Assembly: GCA_934095845.1 (NCBI GenBank)
Contig: CAKOKS010000001.1
Span: 89,060 to 153,059, forward strand
Direction: 5' to 3'
Source: an uncultured Bacilli bacterium
GTDB lineage: Bacteria; Bacillota_I; Bacilli_A; RF39; UBA660
Length of the DNA stretch: 64,000 nt
The notes below the pieces were generated by a model, which worked only from the letters and a program-made list of their open reading frames with translations, did not search any database and had not been told where the DNA came from. The position numbers and the translations under genes are program-made. The stretch's first letter is position 1. Every line of letters begins with the position of its first letter. Positions 49,306 to 59,163 of the stretch are shown one piece after another.

Positions 49306-50040
49306 ATGGCGATACGTGTAATGATGATTGATGAAGACATCAATCAAATAAATGCAGTAGAGAAGTATTTCAGTAGTTCTAGTAGTATCAATGTTGTAAA
49401 AGTAATTAGTAATAAGGAAGAAGCATTAAATTCATTAAATGAAGATTATGATGTTTTAGTGGTTAACTTATTATTAAGTGGTTGTTTATGTAATTTAATT
49501 CTTGCAAAAATGAAAGAAATGGGAATTAGTAAAAAAGTAATTGTTACAAGTGAATTTGTAAGCCCTGATATGATGAATAGCTTGAATGATTACACATTGA
49601 ATTATTTATTAAAGAAACCTTATTCATGTAATGAACTTGAAAGAGTTATTGCATCAATTTATGTTAAAGAAGAAAAACATATAGATAAAAAACTTAAATT
49701 AAAGATTACAGATATGTTACATAATTTAGGAATACCTTCTAATATAAAAGGATATACTTATATAAGAGATGGAATCGAAATGATGTATAATGATACTTCT
49801 CTTATGGGAGCAATTACTAAAGAATTATATCCTAAACTTGCAAGAAGTTATGATACAACATCTTCAAGAGTAGAAAGAGCAATTAGACATGCAATTGAAA
49901 TTTCTTGGAGTAGAGGAGATTATGACCTTATGGAAGAAATATTTGGTAATTCAGTTGACTGTGATAAGTCAAAACCTACTAATGGAGAATTTATTGTAAC
50001 ATTAGCTGATAGATTAAAATTAGAAAGTAAGTATGTATAA
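49306..50040 (+). CDS. spo0A: Spo0A sporulation master regulator, with Asn at the phospho-acceptor position
   Basis: The C-terminal domain carries canonical Spo0A motifs (IKGYTYIRDGIEMMYND...SSRVERAIRHAIEISWSRG...KPTNGEFI). The receiver domain aligns with B. subtilis Spo0A, but the D56 position reads VLVVNLLL (codon aac). Confidence 0.85.
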   Translation: MAIRVMMIDEDINQINAVEKYFSSSSSINVVKVISNKEEALNSLNEDYDVLVVNLLLSGCLCNLILAKMKEMGISKKVIVTSEFVSPDMMNSLNDYTLNYLLKKPYSCNELERVIASIYVKEEKHIDKKLKLKITDMLHNLGIPSNIKGYTYIRDGIEMMYNDTSLMGAITKELYPKLARSYDTTSSRVERAIRHAIEISWSRGDYDLMEEIFGNSVDCDKSKPTNGEFIVTLADRLKLESKYV

Positions 50041-50085
50041 TATTAGTTAAATATCCTCATATAATTAATAGGAGGATATTTTTTT

Positions 50086-51903
50086 ATGAATGATAATTTT
50101 AATTATGAAGTAAAAAAAATATTAAAGAATGCAGAAAAAGAATGTATGAATTTAAAACATCCTTATGTTGGAACAGAACATTTACTTTTAAGCTTACTTA
50201 AAAATAAAGATGTGTTAGAAGTAGCTTCTCATTATGGATTAACATATGAAATATTTAGAGATGAACTTATTAATATAGTAGGTCTTTCAAATAAAAAAAG
50301 TGAAGTAATATTATATACACCTCTTTTAAGAATGGTTATTGAAATGAGTACTAAAGAAGAAAATGTTACTGCTAAAAACATAATGAAAAATTTACTTTCA
50401 AGTGATGATGGAATTGCTTTAAGGCTTCTCATGGGTTTAAATATTGACATTGAAAGTATGTATAAAGAATTAAGTGAAGATGATATAAGTGAATTAAGCG
50501 TTATTGGGGAACAAATAAAAAGTGATAACATTTTAATTGGAAGAGATAAAGAGATAAATGAAATAATTCAAATTCTTTTAAGAAAAAATAAAAATAATCC
50601 AATATTAATAGGTGAAGCTGGTGTTGGAAAATCAGCAATAGTTGAAGAACTATCAAGAAGAATTGATGCCAATCTTGTACCACCTAAGTTAAAAGGTAAA
50701 AAAATTATTTCTCTTGATATGGCTAGTATGCTTTCAAATACTAAATATAGAGGAGAATTTGAAACAAGACTTAATAACATAATAAAAGAAGTTAAAAAGA
50801 ATAAAAATATTATTCTATTTATAGATGAAATACATACAATCGTTAAAACGGGTGGTGGAGAAGGTAGCATTGATGCAGCTAATATTTTAAAACCATATCT
50901 TGCTAATGATAAAATAAAAATTATAGGTGCAACAACTACTTATGAATACGAAAAATTTATATCTCCTGATAAAGCATTAAAAAGAAGATTTCAAAGTGTT
51001 ATGGTTGTTGAACCTAATGAATTAGAAACAAAAAATATTTTATTAGGTGTAAAAAAAATATACGAGGATTTTCATAATGTTAAAATAACTGAAAGCAATA
51101 TAGATTATATTGTTAGTCTTGCTAATAAATATATTTATACAAATCATAATCCAGATAAATCATTAGATGTACTTGATATGGTCGCATCTAAAGTAAATAT
51201 GGAAAGTGAATTACAAGAAAATAGTTTTAAATGTAATGAATATTTAAATAATAAAGATTATAAAAATGCATACTATTTAAGGAAAAATAATAAAAAGAAA
51301 TTGACTATAAAAAATAAAGATATAGAAGAAACAATTATGTCTATAACAGGTATTAATTTAATTAAACAAAAGGATATTGATAATTTATGTCATATTTTAA
51401 ATAATAGGTTTGGAATTAATAATATGAATAGAATTTTTGAAAATAGGTTAAATAGTAATAAAGTTTTAAGTTTTACTTTAAAAGGTAAAGATAAAGATAT
51501 TAAAGAAAAAATAGTTAAGACAATTGTGTCTACATTAAAATATAATTATTTAGAGCTTGATTTAAAAGATTACGTAAGTGATACATCAATAAATAGAATT
51601 GTAGGAAGTGATCCTGGATATATTGGTTATAATGATGTTAACTTATTAAGTAAAATAAAATATAAACCGTATTCATTAATATATTTAAAAAATGCAGACG
51701 CTTCTTCTTATAAAGTATTAGAGTTATTTAAATCAATAATTGATAAAAGTTATATAAGAGATAATAAAAATGAATTAGTAGTTTTTGATAATTGTGTTAT
51801 TATTATGGATAAATTAAAAGAAACTCCAATAGTTGGATATGAACATCATGAAGAAAATACTAATTTTGAAGTAGACACTGATTTAATAATTACTAATGCA
51901 TGA
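50086..51903 (+). CDS. ClpC-like AAA+ protein with intact D1 and catalytically degenerate D2
   Basis: Clp-N domain. D1 has Walker A GEAGVGKS and Walker B ILFIDEIH. D2 retains RIVGSDPGYIGY and VVFDNCVIIM but lacks Walker A and B. Confidence 0.6.
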   Translation: MNDNFNYEVKKILKNAEKECMNLKHPYVGTEHLLLSLLKNKDVLEVASHYGLTYEIFRDELINIVGLSNKKSEVILYTPLLRMVIEMSTKEENVTAKNIMKNLLSSDDGIALRLLMGLNIDIESMYKELSEDDISELSVIGEQIKSDNILIGRDKEINEIIQILLRKNKNNPILIGEAGVGKSAIVEELSRRIDANLVPPKLKGKKIISLDMASMLSNTKYRGEFETRLNNIIKEVKKNKNIILFIDEIHTIVKTGGGEGSIDAANILKPYLANDKIKIIGATTTYEYEKFISPDKALKRRFQSVMVVEPNELETKNILLGVKKIYEDFHNVKITESNIDYIVSLANKYIYTNHNPDKSLDVLDMVASKVNMESELQENSFKCNEYLNNKDYKNAYYLRKNNKKKLTIKNKDIEETIMSITGINLIKQKDIDNLCHILNNRFGINNMNRIFENRLNSNKVLSFTLKGKDKDIKEKIVKTIVSTLKYNYLELDLKDYVSDTSINRIVGSDPGYIGYNDVNLLSKIKYKPYSLIYLKNADASSYKVLELFKSIIDKSYIRDNKNELVVFDNCVIIMDKLKETPIVGYEHHEENTNFEVDTDLIITNA

Positions 51904-51941
51904 AACACCCATTTGTGATATAATCAACTTAGAATAAGAGG

Positions 51942-52811
51942 GTGCTTATGAACAATGATGAATTACCAAATGTAAAACAAATTAATAGAATTGCTAAAGT
52001 AATTAAAGTAGATGAATCTGGTAATGTAAAGGAAAGTAATGAGATTTTACCAGAAGAACCTATTAAAAATGAAAATGTTGAAAAATTAGAAAGTATTCAA
52101 GATAAGAATGTTTCTCATGATTCATCAACAGCCATTTTTATTACTGTTATTTTAATCATTATTGCATGTGTAGCATTTTTTATAGTATATATATATCTAC
52201 CAAATAATTATCATGGAGTAACTGGGAATGAAGGAACGCCAACAACTAAAACTCCAGAATATTATTTTGATATATTTGATTTAAGTGATAATGATATTGA
52301 TTTTCAAACTGAAGTAAAATTAAATGATAAATTTACTTTAAAAGTAGAAGATTTAAATGCTAAAAAGAATATTAAAGTTAATGATATAACGATTGCAACT
52401 GCTAATAAAGTTTATAAAAAAGCATCAATTGTAGATAATATTTTATTTATATTTTTGATAAATAATGAACCAAGACAAAATAGAGTTATTGGAGTAACAA
52501 GTGACGGTAAAATACTAGCTGATATTTCATCTATTAAAAATATGTCTGGCATGAGTGTAAATGAAGTTGTGTTTAATCCAACTGGAATTACTTTAATGGC
52601 ATCAAGAGTATATAATAATAAATTAATTCTTTCATCTAATTTTGGAGATGTAAATGGTTCTGATATATGTAATTCTTCATCTTCTGAAGAAATGCTTGCT
52701 ACTGGTAACTTTGAAATTAGTTATAAAGGAAATAATGAATTAAGTGATGCTAAAAAAATAAGTGGTGAAACTATAAAAGAATACGTTAAAAACAACAATA
52801 TGTGTCAATAA
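51942..52811 (+). CDS. hypothetical membrane-anchored protein
   Basis: Single TM (AIFITVILIIIACVAFFIVYIYL). No recognisable domain. Confidence 0.5.
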   Translation: MLMNNDELPNVKQINRIAKVIKVDESGNVKESNEILPEEPIKNENVEKLESIQDKNVSHDSSTAIFITVILIIIACVAFFIVYIYLPNNYHGVTGNEGTPTTKTPEYYFDIFDLSDNDIDFQTEVKLNDKFTLKVEDLNAKKNIKVNDITIATANKVYKKASIVDNILFIFLINNEPRQNRVIGVTSDGKILADISSIKNMSGMSVNEVVFNPTGITLMASRVYNNKLILSSNFGDVNGSDICNSSSSEEMLATGNFEISYKGNNELSDAKKISGETIKEYVKNNNMCQ

Positions 52812-52863
52812 TATTGCTTAAAATAAAACAAATTAGTATAATAAAATGTAAGCAGGTGATAAA

Positions 52864-54255
52864 ATGAAATTTTATAATACATTAACTAAAAAAGTTGACA
52901 ACTTTGTTCCAATTCATGAAGATATAGTAAATATGTATACTTGTGGTCCAACCGTTTATCATTATGCTCATATTGGAAATATGCGTAATTACATTGGACA
53001 TGATATACTTGAAAAAACTTTATTATATTTAGGATACAATGTTAAAAGAGCTATGAATATTACAGATGTTGGTCATCTTACAAGCGATGCTGATACTGGT
53101 GAAGATAAAATGGAAGTTGCATCAAAAAGAGAAGGTAAAAGTGCTTATGAGATTGCTGATTTTTATACAGAAGCTTTCTTTAAAGACTTTAATAGTTTAA
53201 ATTGTAAGATGCCAGAAATTGTTTCTAAAGCAACAGATAATATTGATATGTATATTAAAATAATAGAAGATTTACTTAAAAAAGATATTGCTTATATAAG
53301 TGGTGGAAACGTTTATTTTGATATATCTAAAGTAGATGATTATTATAAATTATCTAATCATTCTTTAGAAGGAAATATGGTTGGTATAAGAGAAACAGTT
53401 ACAAGTGATGAAAAGAAACGTAACCAAGCAGATTTTGTTTTATGGTTTACTAAATCTAAATTTGAAAATCATGAAATGGTTTGGAATTCACCATTTGGTG
53501 TTGGTTATCCAGGATGGCATATTGAATGTTCTGGTATATCAATTAAATATTTAGGTGAATACTTAGATATTCATGGTGGTGGAGTAGACAATATATTCCC
53601 ACATCATACTAATGAAATTGCTCAAAGTGAGGCTTATTTAGGTCATAAATGGTGTAATTATTGGTTCCATAATGAACATTTACTTGATTCAACTGGAAAA
53701 ATGAGCAAAAGTAAAGGTGACTTTTTAACAGTAACTTTACTTATTGAAAAAGGATACGATCCATTAAGTTTTAGATTTATGTGTTTAAATAGCCATTATA
53801 GAAAACAATTGGTTTTTACTTATGAAGCACTTAATCAAGCAGAAGCAACTTTAAAAAAACTTAGAAATAAAATATCTAATATAGTTGATGAAGGAGAACT
53901 TGATGAAGGAGAATTCAGTACTTATAATGATAGATTTATTAAAGAAATATCTAATGATTTAAATACTGCAAATGCTTTATCTGTTATGTATGAACTTATT
54001 AAAGATGAACAAGTTAATGGTCATACAAAATTAGAATTAATTAAAAAATTTGATAAGGTCTTTAGTATCAATTTAATAAATGAAAAAAATAAAAATGATG
54101 ATAAAGAAATATTAGATTTAATTGAAAAGAGAAGTGAAGCAAAGAAAAATAAAGACTTTGAACTTGCTGATTCAATTAGAAGCGAACTTGAAAGTAGAGG
54201 AATTATTCTAGTTGATACTAGAGAAGGAACGACTTATAAAATTGTAGGAGAGTAG
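52864..54255 (+). CDS. cysS: cysteine--tRNA ligase
   Basis: HIGH motif (HIGNMRNY) and KMSKS motif. Confidence 0.9.
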   Translation: MKFYNTLTKKVDNFVPIHEDIVNMYTCGPTVYHYAHIGNMRNYIGHDILEKTLLYLGYNVKRAMNITDVGHLTSDADTGEDKMEVASKREGKSAYEIADFYTEAFFKDFNSLNCKMPEIVSKATDNIDMYIKIIEDLLKKDIAYISGGNVYFDISKVDDYYKLSNHSLEGNMVGIRETVTSDEKKRNQADFVLWFTKSKFENHEMVWNSPFGVGYPGWHIECSGISIKYLGEYLDIHGGGVDNIFPHHTNEIAQSEAYLGHKWCNYWFHNEHLLDSTGKMSKSKGDFLTVTLLIEKGYDPLSFRFMCLNSHYRKQLVFTYEALNQAEATLKKLRNKISNIVDEGELDEGEFSTYNDRFIKEISNDLNTANALSVMYELIKDEQVNGHTKLELIKKFDKVFSINLINEKNKNDDKEILDLIEKRSEAKKNKDFELADSIRSELESRGIILVDTREGTTYKIVGE

Positions 54256-54257
54256 TT

Positions 54258-54926
54258 ATGGATTTAATAATAATTTTTTTACTAATGCTAATTATTCCAA
54301 TTTATGCATCAATTAAAGTTAATGTAAATTACAAAAAATATAAAAAAGTAACAAATGAAAAGGATTTAACTGGATTTGATGTTGCAAGAAGAATATTAGA
54401 TGAATTTGGACTTGGAGATATTTATGTTGTTGAAACTAAAGGAGTTATGAGTGACCATTATGACTCTAGAAGAAAAACTGTTAGGCTTTCAACTGAAGTA
54501 TTTCATGGAACAAGTGTTGCTTCTGTTGCAATAGCAGCTCATGAATGTGGACACGCTATTCAAGATAAAGAAGGTTATACTTGGATGAAATTAAGAAATA
54601 TTATTTTCCCAATTGTAAATATTGGTCAAAGAATCGCTTATATTGTAATGATTATTGGTTTATTCTTAAGTTATATGGATTATGTTTATGCAGCAATTGG
54701 ATTTACATTTCTAGGACTTTTATTTGAACTTGTAACATTACCAGTTGAGTTTGATGCTTCTAAAAGAGCAAAAGATATAATTTTAAAAGATGGTATGATT
54801 AATGATAAAGAGAAAAAAGGCGTTGATGCTGTTTTAAACAGTACAGCTTTAACATATGTTGCTGCAGTTGTGTCATCAATGTTAGAAATCCTTTATTTAT
54901 TAATTCAATTAAACGATCGCGATTAA
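54258..54926 (+). CDS. membrane zinc metallopeptidase, YugP-like
   Basis: HECGHAIQ zinc-binding motif. Two TM segments. Confidence 0.65.
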   Translation: MDLIIIFLLMLIIPIYASIKVNVNYKKYKKVTNEKDLTGFDVARRILDEFGLGDIYVVETKGVMSDHYDSRRKTVRLSTEVFHGTSVASVAIAAHECGHAIQDKEGYTWMKLRNIIFPIVNIGQRIAYIVMIIGLFLSYMDYVYAAIGFTFLGLLFELVTLPVEFDASKRAKDIILKDGMINDKEKKGVDAVLNSTALTYVAAVVSSMLEILYLLIQLNDRD

Positions 54927-54994
54927 CAAGCTTATGCTTGTTTTTTTGTGAAAATTAGTTATAATATGTATTTGAGAAAACGGGTGATAGTTAT

Positions 54995-56044
54995 ATGAAT
55001 TTAGAAGAAATATTTGCAATTTATGAAAAAGATAATCAAACAGGAGTTAAATTGTTAGAAGAATATTTAAAATATAATATGTTAAATACTAAAGTGGTTT
55101 ATACATTATTTGCTTATTATGTAAATAATAAAAGTTATGGTAAAGCAGCATATTATTTAGATTTATTACGTCAAACAAATATAAATATGTATGATTATTA
55201 TACTTATTTAATTTTAATGTATGATTTATTAGATTTAGATATTGATTTATCAAATGTAAAAGTTACTGATTTATTAATTTCTAAAAGCAATAAAAAATAT
55301 GATGATGTTAAAGGAAACAATGAAGTAAGAAAAGAAATATTTAATGGATCTTATTTTAGAGCTAAAAAAGCAAATAGTAAAATTTTTCATAAAAAAGGAA
55401 AGATGACTTTAGAAGAATCAATTATAACAAATTTAATAAATGCAAATGTTAAAAAAGTGGTTGATATAATAGTTAAATATATTGAAGAAGGTAATTATGA
55501 TTATGCTTATGATTTAGTGTTTGATATGAATAATATACCAGATGAGGAAACTTTGATTGATGGATTAACAACCTTAATATTACAAAGTGATGGTATGCCT
55601 TTAACAAGAGAAAAACTAGAAGAGCTAAAGAAAGTTAAAAAAATTGACGATAGAATTGCATCATCAATTATAAAACAAGCAAAGTTAGAAGATAATGTTA
55701 ATAAAACAGTATATTATGATAATAATACAAATTATTTTTATGATTTTATTGAAAAGATGGATAGGTTTTATGATAATGAACCTGCAATGAAAAGCTTAAT
55801 TCATGATTATTTAGAAGCTTATTCAAAAACAGAGTATTATAATTTTATAATGAAGATATATGAATATTTATCAAAAGATGTATTCTTTGATTATATATAT
55901 ACAATTCTTTATGGTGTTGATAGAAGTTATCTTATTACTAAATATGAAGAAACAAATGATGAAGTATATGCTGAATTAATTGGATTAGCACCAATAAAAG
56001 AAAGAGAAGACATTGTAAAAAAAATAGAGAAGTTATTAAGTTAA
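54995..56044 (+). CDS. hypothetical cytoplasmic protein
   Basis: Clean ORF with no recognisable motif. Confidence 0.45.
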   Translation: MNLEEIFAIYEKDNQTGVKLLEEYLKYNMLNTKVVYTLFAYYVNNKSYGKAAYYLDLLRQTNINMYDYYTYLILMYDLLDLDIDLSNVKVTDLLISKSNKKYDDVKGNNEVRKEIFNGSYFRAKKANSKIFHKKGKMTLEESIITNLINANVKKVVDIIVKYIEEGNYDYAYDLVFDMNNIPDEETLIDGLTTLILQSDGMPLTREKLEELKKVKKIDDRIASSIIKQAKLEDNVNKTVYYDNNTNYFYDFIEKMDRFYDNEPAMKSLIHDYLEAYSKTEYYNFIMKIYEYLSKDVFFDYIYTILYGVDRSYLITKYEETNDEVYAELIGLAPIKEREDIVKKIEKLLS

Positions 56045-56056
56045 CCTCTCTATTTT

Positions 56057-57052
56057 TTATTTTGTTGTATTTCTGCTTTGATTAATTAAGTAATTTATAT
56101 ATTTGTTATAAGCACTTTCAATATCACTGTCATTGAATGTAACACCATATTCTTTTCTTAATTCAACCATTGCATTAACTGCCATTGTAGAATCTTTTTC
56201 AATTTTTTCATTTGCAAGTGTTTCTTTAATTTTATCTTTAAGATTTTCAAGTGTATCTTTTTCTTTTTCATCAACTTTTAAGATAACATGATATCCATAA
56301 GTAGTTTTAACTGGTGATTTTGAATATTCACCTTTTTTTAATTTGTAAGCTGCTGTCTCAAAAGCTTCTACCATGTCACCATGATTGAAGAAACCTAAAT
56401 CTTGATAAGTAACTTCATCATTATTTTCATATTTTTTAAATGCATCTGCTGCTGAAGTTCCAGCTTTTATATCATCAGTAATTGCTGTAATAATTTCTTT
56501 AGCTTTGTTTTCAGCGTTAGTAGAATCTTGATCACTTGAAGATGCAGGTTTTACTAAGATGTGTACACAACTAATATCACCTTTTTGTTCATTCTTATAA
56601 TATTTTTCAATTTCTTTATCAGTAACTAAACTTTTAGCATAACTTTCCTTTTGCATATTTTCCATATAAGATACTCTTTGTTGCTTTAAAAGTTGTTCTA
56701 AAGAAGAATAACCATATTGACTTAATGCACTTAAAAGTGAAGTTTCATCATATTTACCATTTTTATCAACATAATTAGCTTTTAAAGACGTTTCATAATT
56801 TTTAATATATTCATCAATATCATCTTTTTTATCTTTAAATTTATCTTCTAATATTTTATTGTCGACTTTTTCAAGAAGTACGTTAAGTCCATAAGAATCT
56901 TTTACTTCGTTCCATACTTCATTAACACTTATTTTATCTCCATTTTTAAAATCAACTATTGATTCTTCACCATTACTTAATTTAGGAATAGTTTTACCAC
57001 ATCCAGTTAGCATAACACTTGCCATAACTACAACTAATAATTTCTTTTTCAT
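56057..57052 (-). CDS. prsA: foldase lipoprotein PrsA (parvulin PPIase)
   Basis: Lipobox LTGC. Parvulin domain (CVHILVKP...YGYHVILKVDE). Confidence 0.8.
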   Translation of the reverse strand: MKKKLLVVVMASVMLTGCGKTIPKLSNGEESIVDFKNGDKISVNEVWNEVKDSYGLNVLLEKVDNKILEDKFKDKKDDIDEYIKNYETSLKANYVDKNGKYDETSLLSALSQYGYSSLEQLLKQQRVSYMENMQKESYAKSLVTDKEIEKYYKNEQKGDISCVHILVKPASSSDQDSTNAENKAKEIITAITDDIKAGTSAADAFKKYENNDEVTYQDLGFFNHGDMVEAFETAAYKLKKGEYSKSPVKTTYGYHVILKVDEKEKDTLENLKDKIKETLANEKIEKDSTMAVNAMVELRKEYGVTFNDSDIESAYNKYINYLINQSRNTTK

Positions 57053-57177
57053 TTATATCCTCCCTAATAGGTATTATATCACGTATATAAAAAAATTAAT
57101 ATTAATTTCTTTAAAACAGGCACAAAAATGGATATTTTACCATACAATAAAGTGAGTAATGAAAAGGAGGGAGAATA

Positions 57178-57270
57178 ATGAATAAATGTTGCAATAATAA
57201 TATTTCTGGTGCTGCTTTCATATTAGTTCTATTTATTTTATTAATTATTATAGTAGGAGCATTTATCTAA
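57178..57270 (+). CDS. YjcZ-family sporulation micro-protein (30 aa, not in ORF track)
   Basis: RBS AAGGAGGGAG. Translation MNKCCNNNISGAAFILVLFILLIIIVGAFI, which fits the YjcZ-like family pattern (Gly/Cys-rich N-terminus followed by FxLIVVLFILLIIVGA). Confidence 0.6.
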   Translation: MNKCCNNNISGAAFILVLFILLIIIVGAFI

Positions 57271-57287
57271 AAAGGAGGTGTTAAGGC

Positions 57288-57404
57288 ATGAATTGTAATA
57301 CTAAACCCTCAATAAATAATCAAGGTTATGGTAATACATTCTTCATCATTCTTGTATTATTTATTCTGCTTGCAATTATTGTTAGTTCAATATATGCATA
57401 TTAA
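57288..57404 (+). CDS. YjcZ-family sporulation micro-protein (38 aa, not in ORF track)
   Basis: RBS AAGGAGGTG. Translation MNCNTKPSINNQGYGNTFFIILVLFILLAIIVSSIYAY. Followed by the terminator agagga-tttt-cctct plus a T-run. Confidence 0.6.
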   Translation: MNCNTKPSINNQGYGNTFFIILVLFILLAIIVSSIYAY

Positions 57405-57594
57405 GAGGATTTTCCTCTTTTTTTTGTAAACAAAATGCCTAAAAAGTGTTGTTTTTACTAGACAGTATGTAATATTTGTTATAATAAATATAGAATACTT
57501 AATTGTTTTTGTTCAAAAATTTGCATTTTTTCTCTTTTTATGTTAGTATAGTTGTCAATTCAAGACGTAGGGGACATAAAAAAGGGGTAAGGTT

Positions 57595-58248
57595 ATGAAC
57601 GAAGGAAGTATTGCAGTAACAGAAAGTATTACTGTTGCTAATTCAATTTATTTATTTGTAAAACGAGTATTTGATTTAATTATTAGTGCTTTTTTACTAA
57701 TAGTTTTATCGCCATTATTTTTAGTAATAATTTTAGCTATAAAACTTGATTCTAAAGGTAAAGCTATATATACTCAAACACGTATAGGTCAAAATGGTAA
57801 AACTTTTAAACTTTATAAATTTAGATCAATGATTGTTGATGCTGATAAAGTTTTATTTGAACTTTTGGAGAAAAATCCAGAAATGAAAATGGAATATGAT
57901 ATTCATAAGAAATTAAAAAATGATCCACGTGTTACAAAAGTAGGTAAAATTATTAGAAAATTATCTATGGATGAATTACCACAACTTCTTAATGTCTTTA
58001 ATGGTGAAATGTCTTTAATCGGTAATAGACCATATTTAGAAAGAGAAATTAAAGATATGGGTAAATATTACGATGAAATAGTTAAAACTAAACCAGGTAT
58101 AACAGGATATTGGCAAGTTAATGGTAGAAGTAAAACAACATTTAGATCAAGATGCAAAATGGAAGCAGATTATTCTAAACGTGCAAGTTTAAAATTGGAT
58201 ATGCAAATTTTCTTAAAAACATTTAAAGTATTAATTAAAGGTTTATAA
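57595..58248 (+). CDS. sugar phosphotransferase (bacterial sugar transferase family, WbaP/EpsL C-terminal type)
   Basis: KPGITGYWQ and DELPQLLNVFNGEMSLIGNRP motifs. Confidence 0.8.
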   Translation: MNEGSIAVTESITVANSIYLFVKRVFDLIISAFLLIVLSPLFLVIILAIKLDSKGKAIYTQTRIGQNGKTFKLYKFRSMIVDADKVLFELLEKNPEMKMEYDIHKKLKNDPRVTKVGKIIRKLSMDELPQLLNVFNGEMSLIGNRPYLEREIKDMGKYYDEIVKTKPGITGYWQVNGRSKTTFRSRCKMEADYSKRASLKLDMQIFLKTFKVLIKGL

Positions 58249-58323
58249 GAAAATATAAAATACCAAGTAAACTATATACAAAGGTGTTTTGTATATAGTT
58301 TTTTTATAGTAGAGGTGAAATTC

Positions 58324-59163
58324 ATGAAAATAGATATTATTTGCCCACTTTATAATGCAAGTAGATATATAATTGATTTAAATAATTCTTTCTTAATGCA
58401 AGAAAATGTTATACTAAATAAAATAAGATATGTCCTAACTGAGTCAAATGATAATACTAAAGAAATAATGGATAATGCAAATATTCAATATAAATTGATT
58501 AAAAAAAGTGAATTTTCACATAGTTTAGTTAGAGAAAAAGAAGCAATGGAAAGTGATGCAGACATAGTTGTATATGTAACTCAAGATGTTGTTATTACTG
58601 ATAAATTGTGGCTTTATAATTTAACAAAAGATATTAATGATGAAGTTGTAGCTACTTATTCAAGACAAATATCCAAATATAATAATATTGAAAAATATAC
58701 TAGAGAATTTAATTATCCAAATAAATCGAGAATTGTTTCGAAAAATGATATTAATGAATTAGGTTTGAAAACATTCTTTTTCTCTGATGCAGCTTCTGCT
58801 ATAAAGAAAAGTGTTTTTGTTGAGTTAAATGGATATGATAATAAAAATTTACCTATAAGTGAAGATATGTATATAGCTTATAAAATAATAATGAATAATT
58901 ATAAGATAAAGTATTGTGCTGATTCGGTAGTTAATCATTCTCATAAATTTAAGTTAAAAGAAATATATGATAGATATAAATTAACTGGTAAATTTTTTAA
59001 GGAAAACTCTTATTTAGATAAATTTGGAACAACAGGAAGTGGAGCAAAACTTGCAAAATATGTATTAAAACGTATTATAACGGATTTTAAATGGCATTTA
59101 ATTTTTAGATATCCATTTGATATGGGAGCAAGATTTTTAGGAATGAAAGCGGGGAAAAAGTAA
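58324..59163 (+). CDS. glycosyltransferase (GT2-like)
   Basis: ATG at 58324 lies after AGAGGTGA. N-terminal IDIICPLYN, typical of GT-A fold. Confidence 0.55.
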   Translation: MKIDIICPLYNASRYIIDLNNSFLMQENVILNKIRYVLTESNDNTKEIMDNANIQYKLIKKSEFSHSLVREKEAMESDADIVVYVTQDVVITDKLWLYNLTKDINDEVVATYSRQISKYNNIEKYTREFNYPNKSRIVSKNDINELGLKTFFFSDAASAIKKSVFVELNGYDNKNLPISEDMYIAYKIIMNNYKIKYCADSVVNHSHKFKLKEIYDRYKLTGKFFKENSYLDKFGTTGSGAKLAKYVLKRIITDFKWHLIFRYPFDMGARFLGMKAGKK

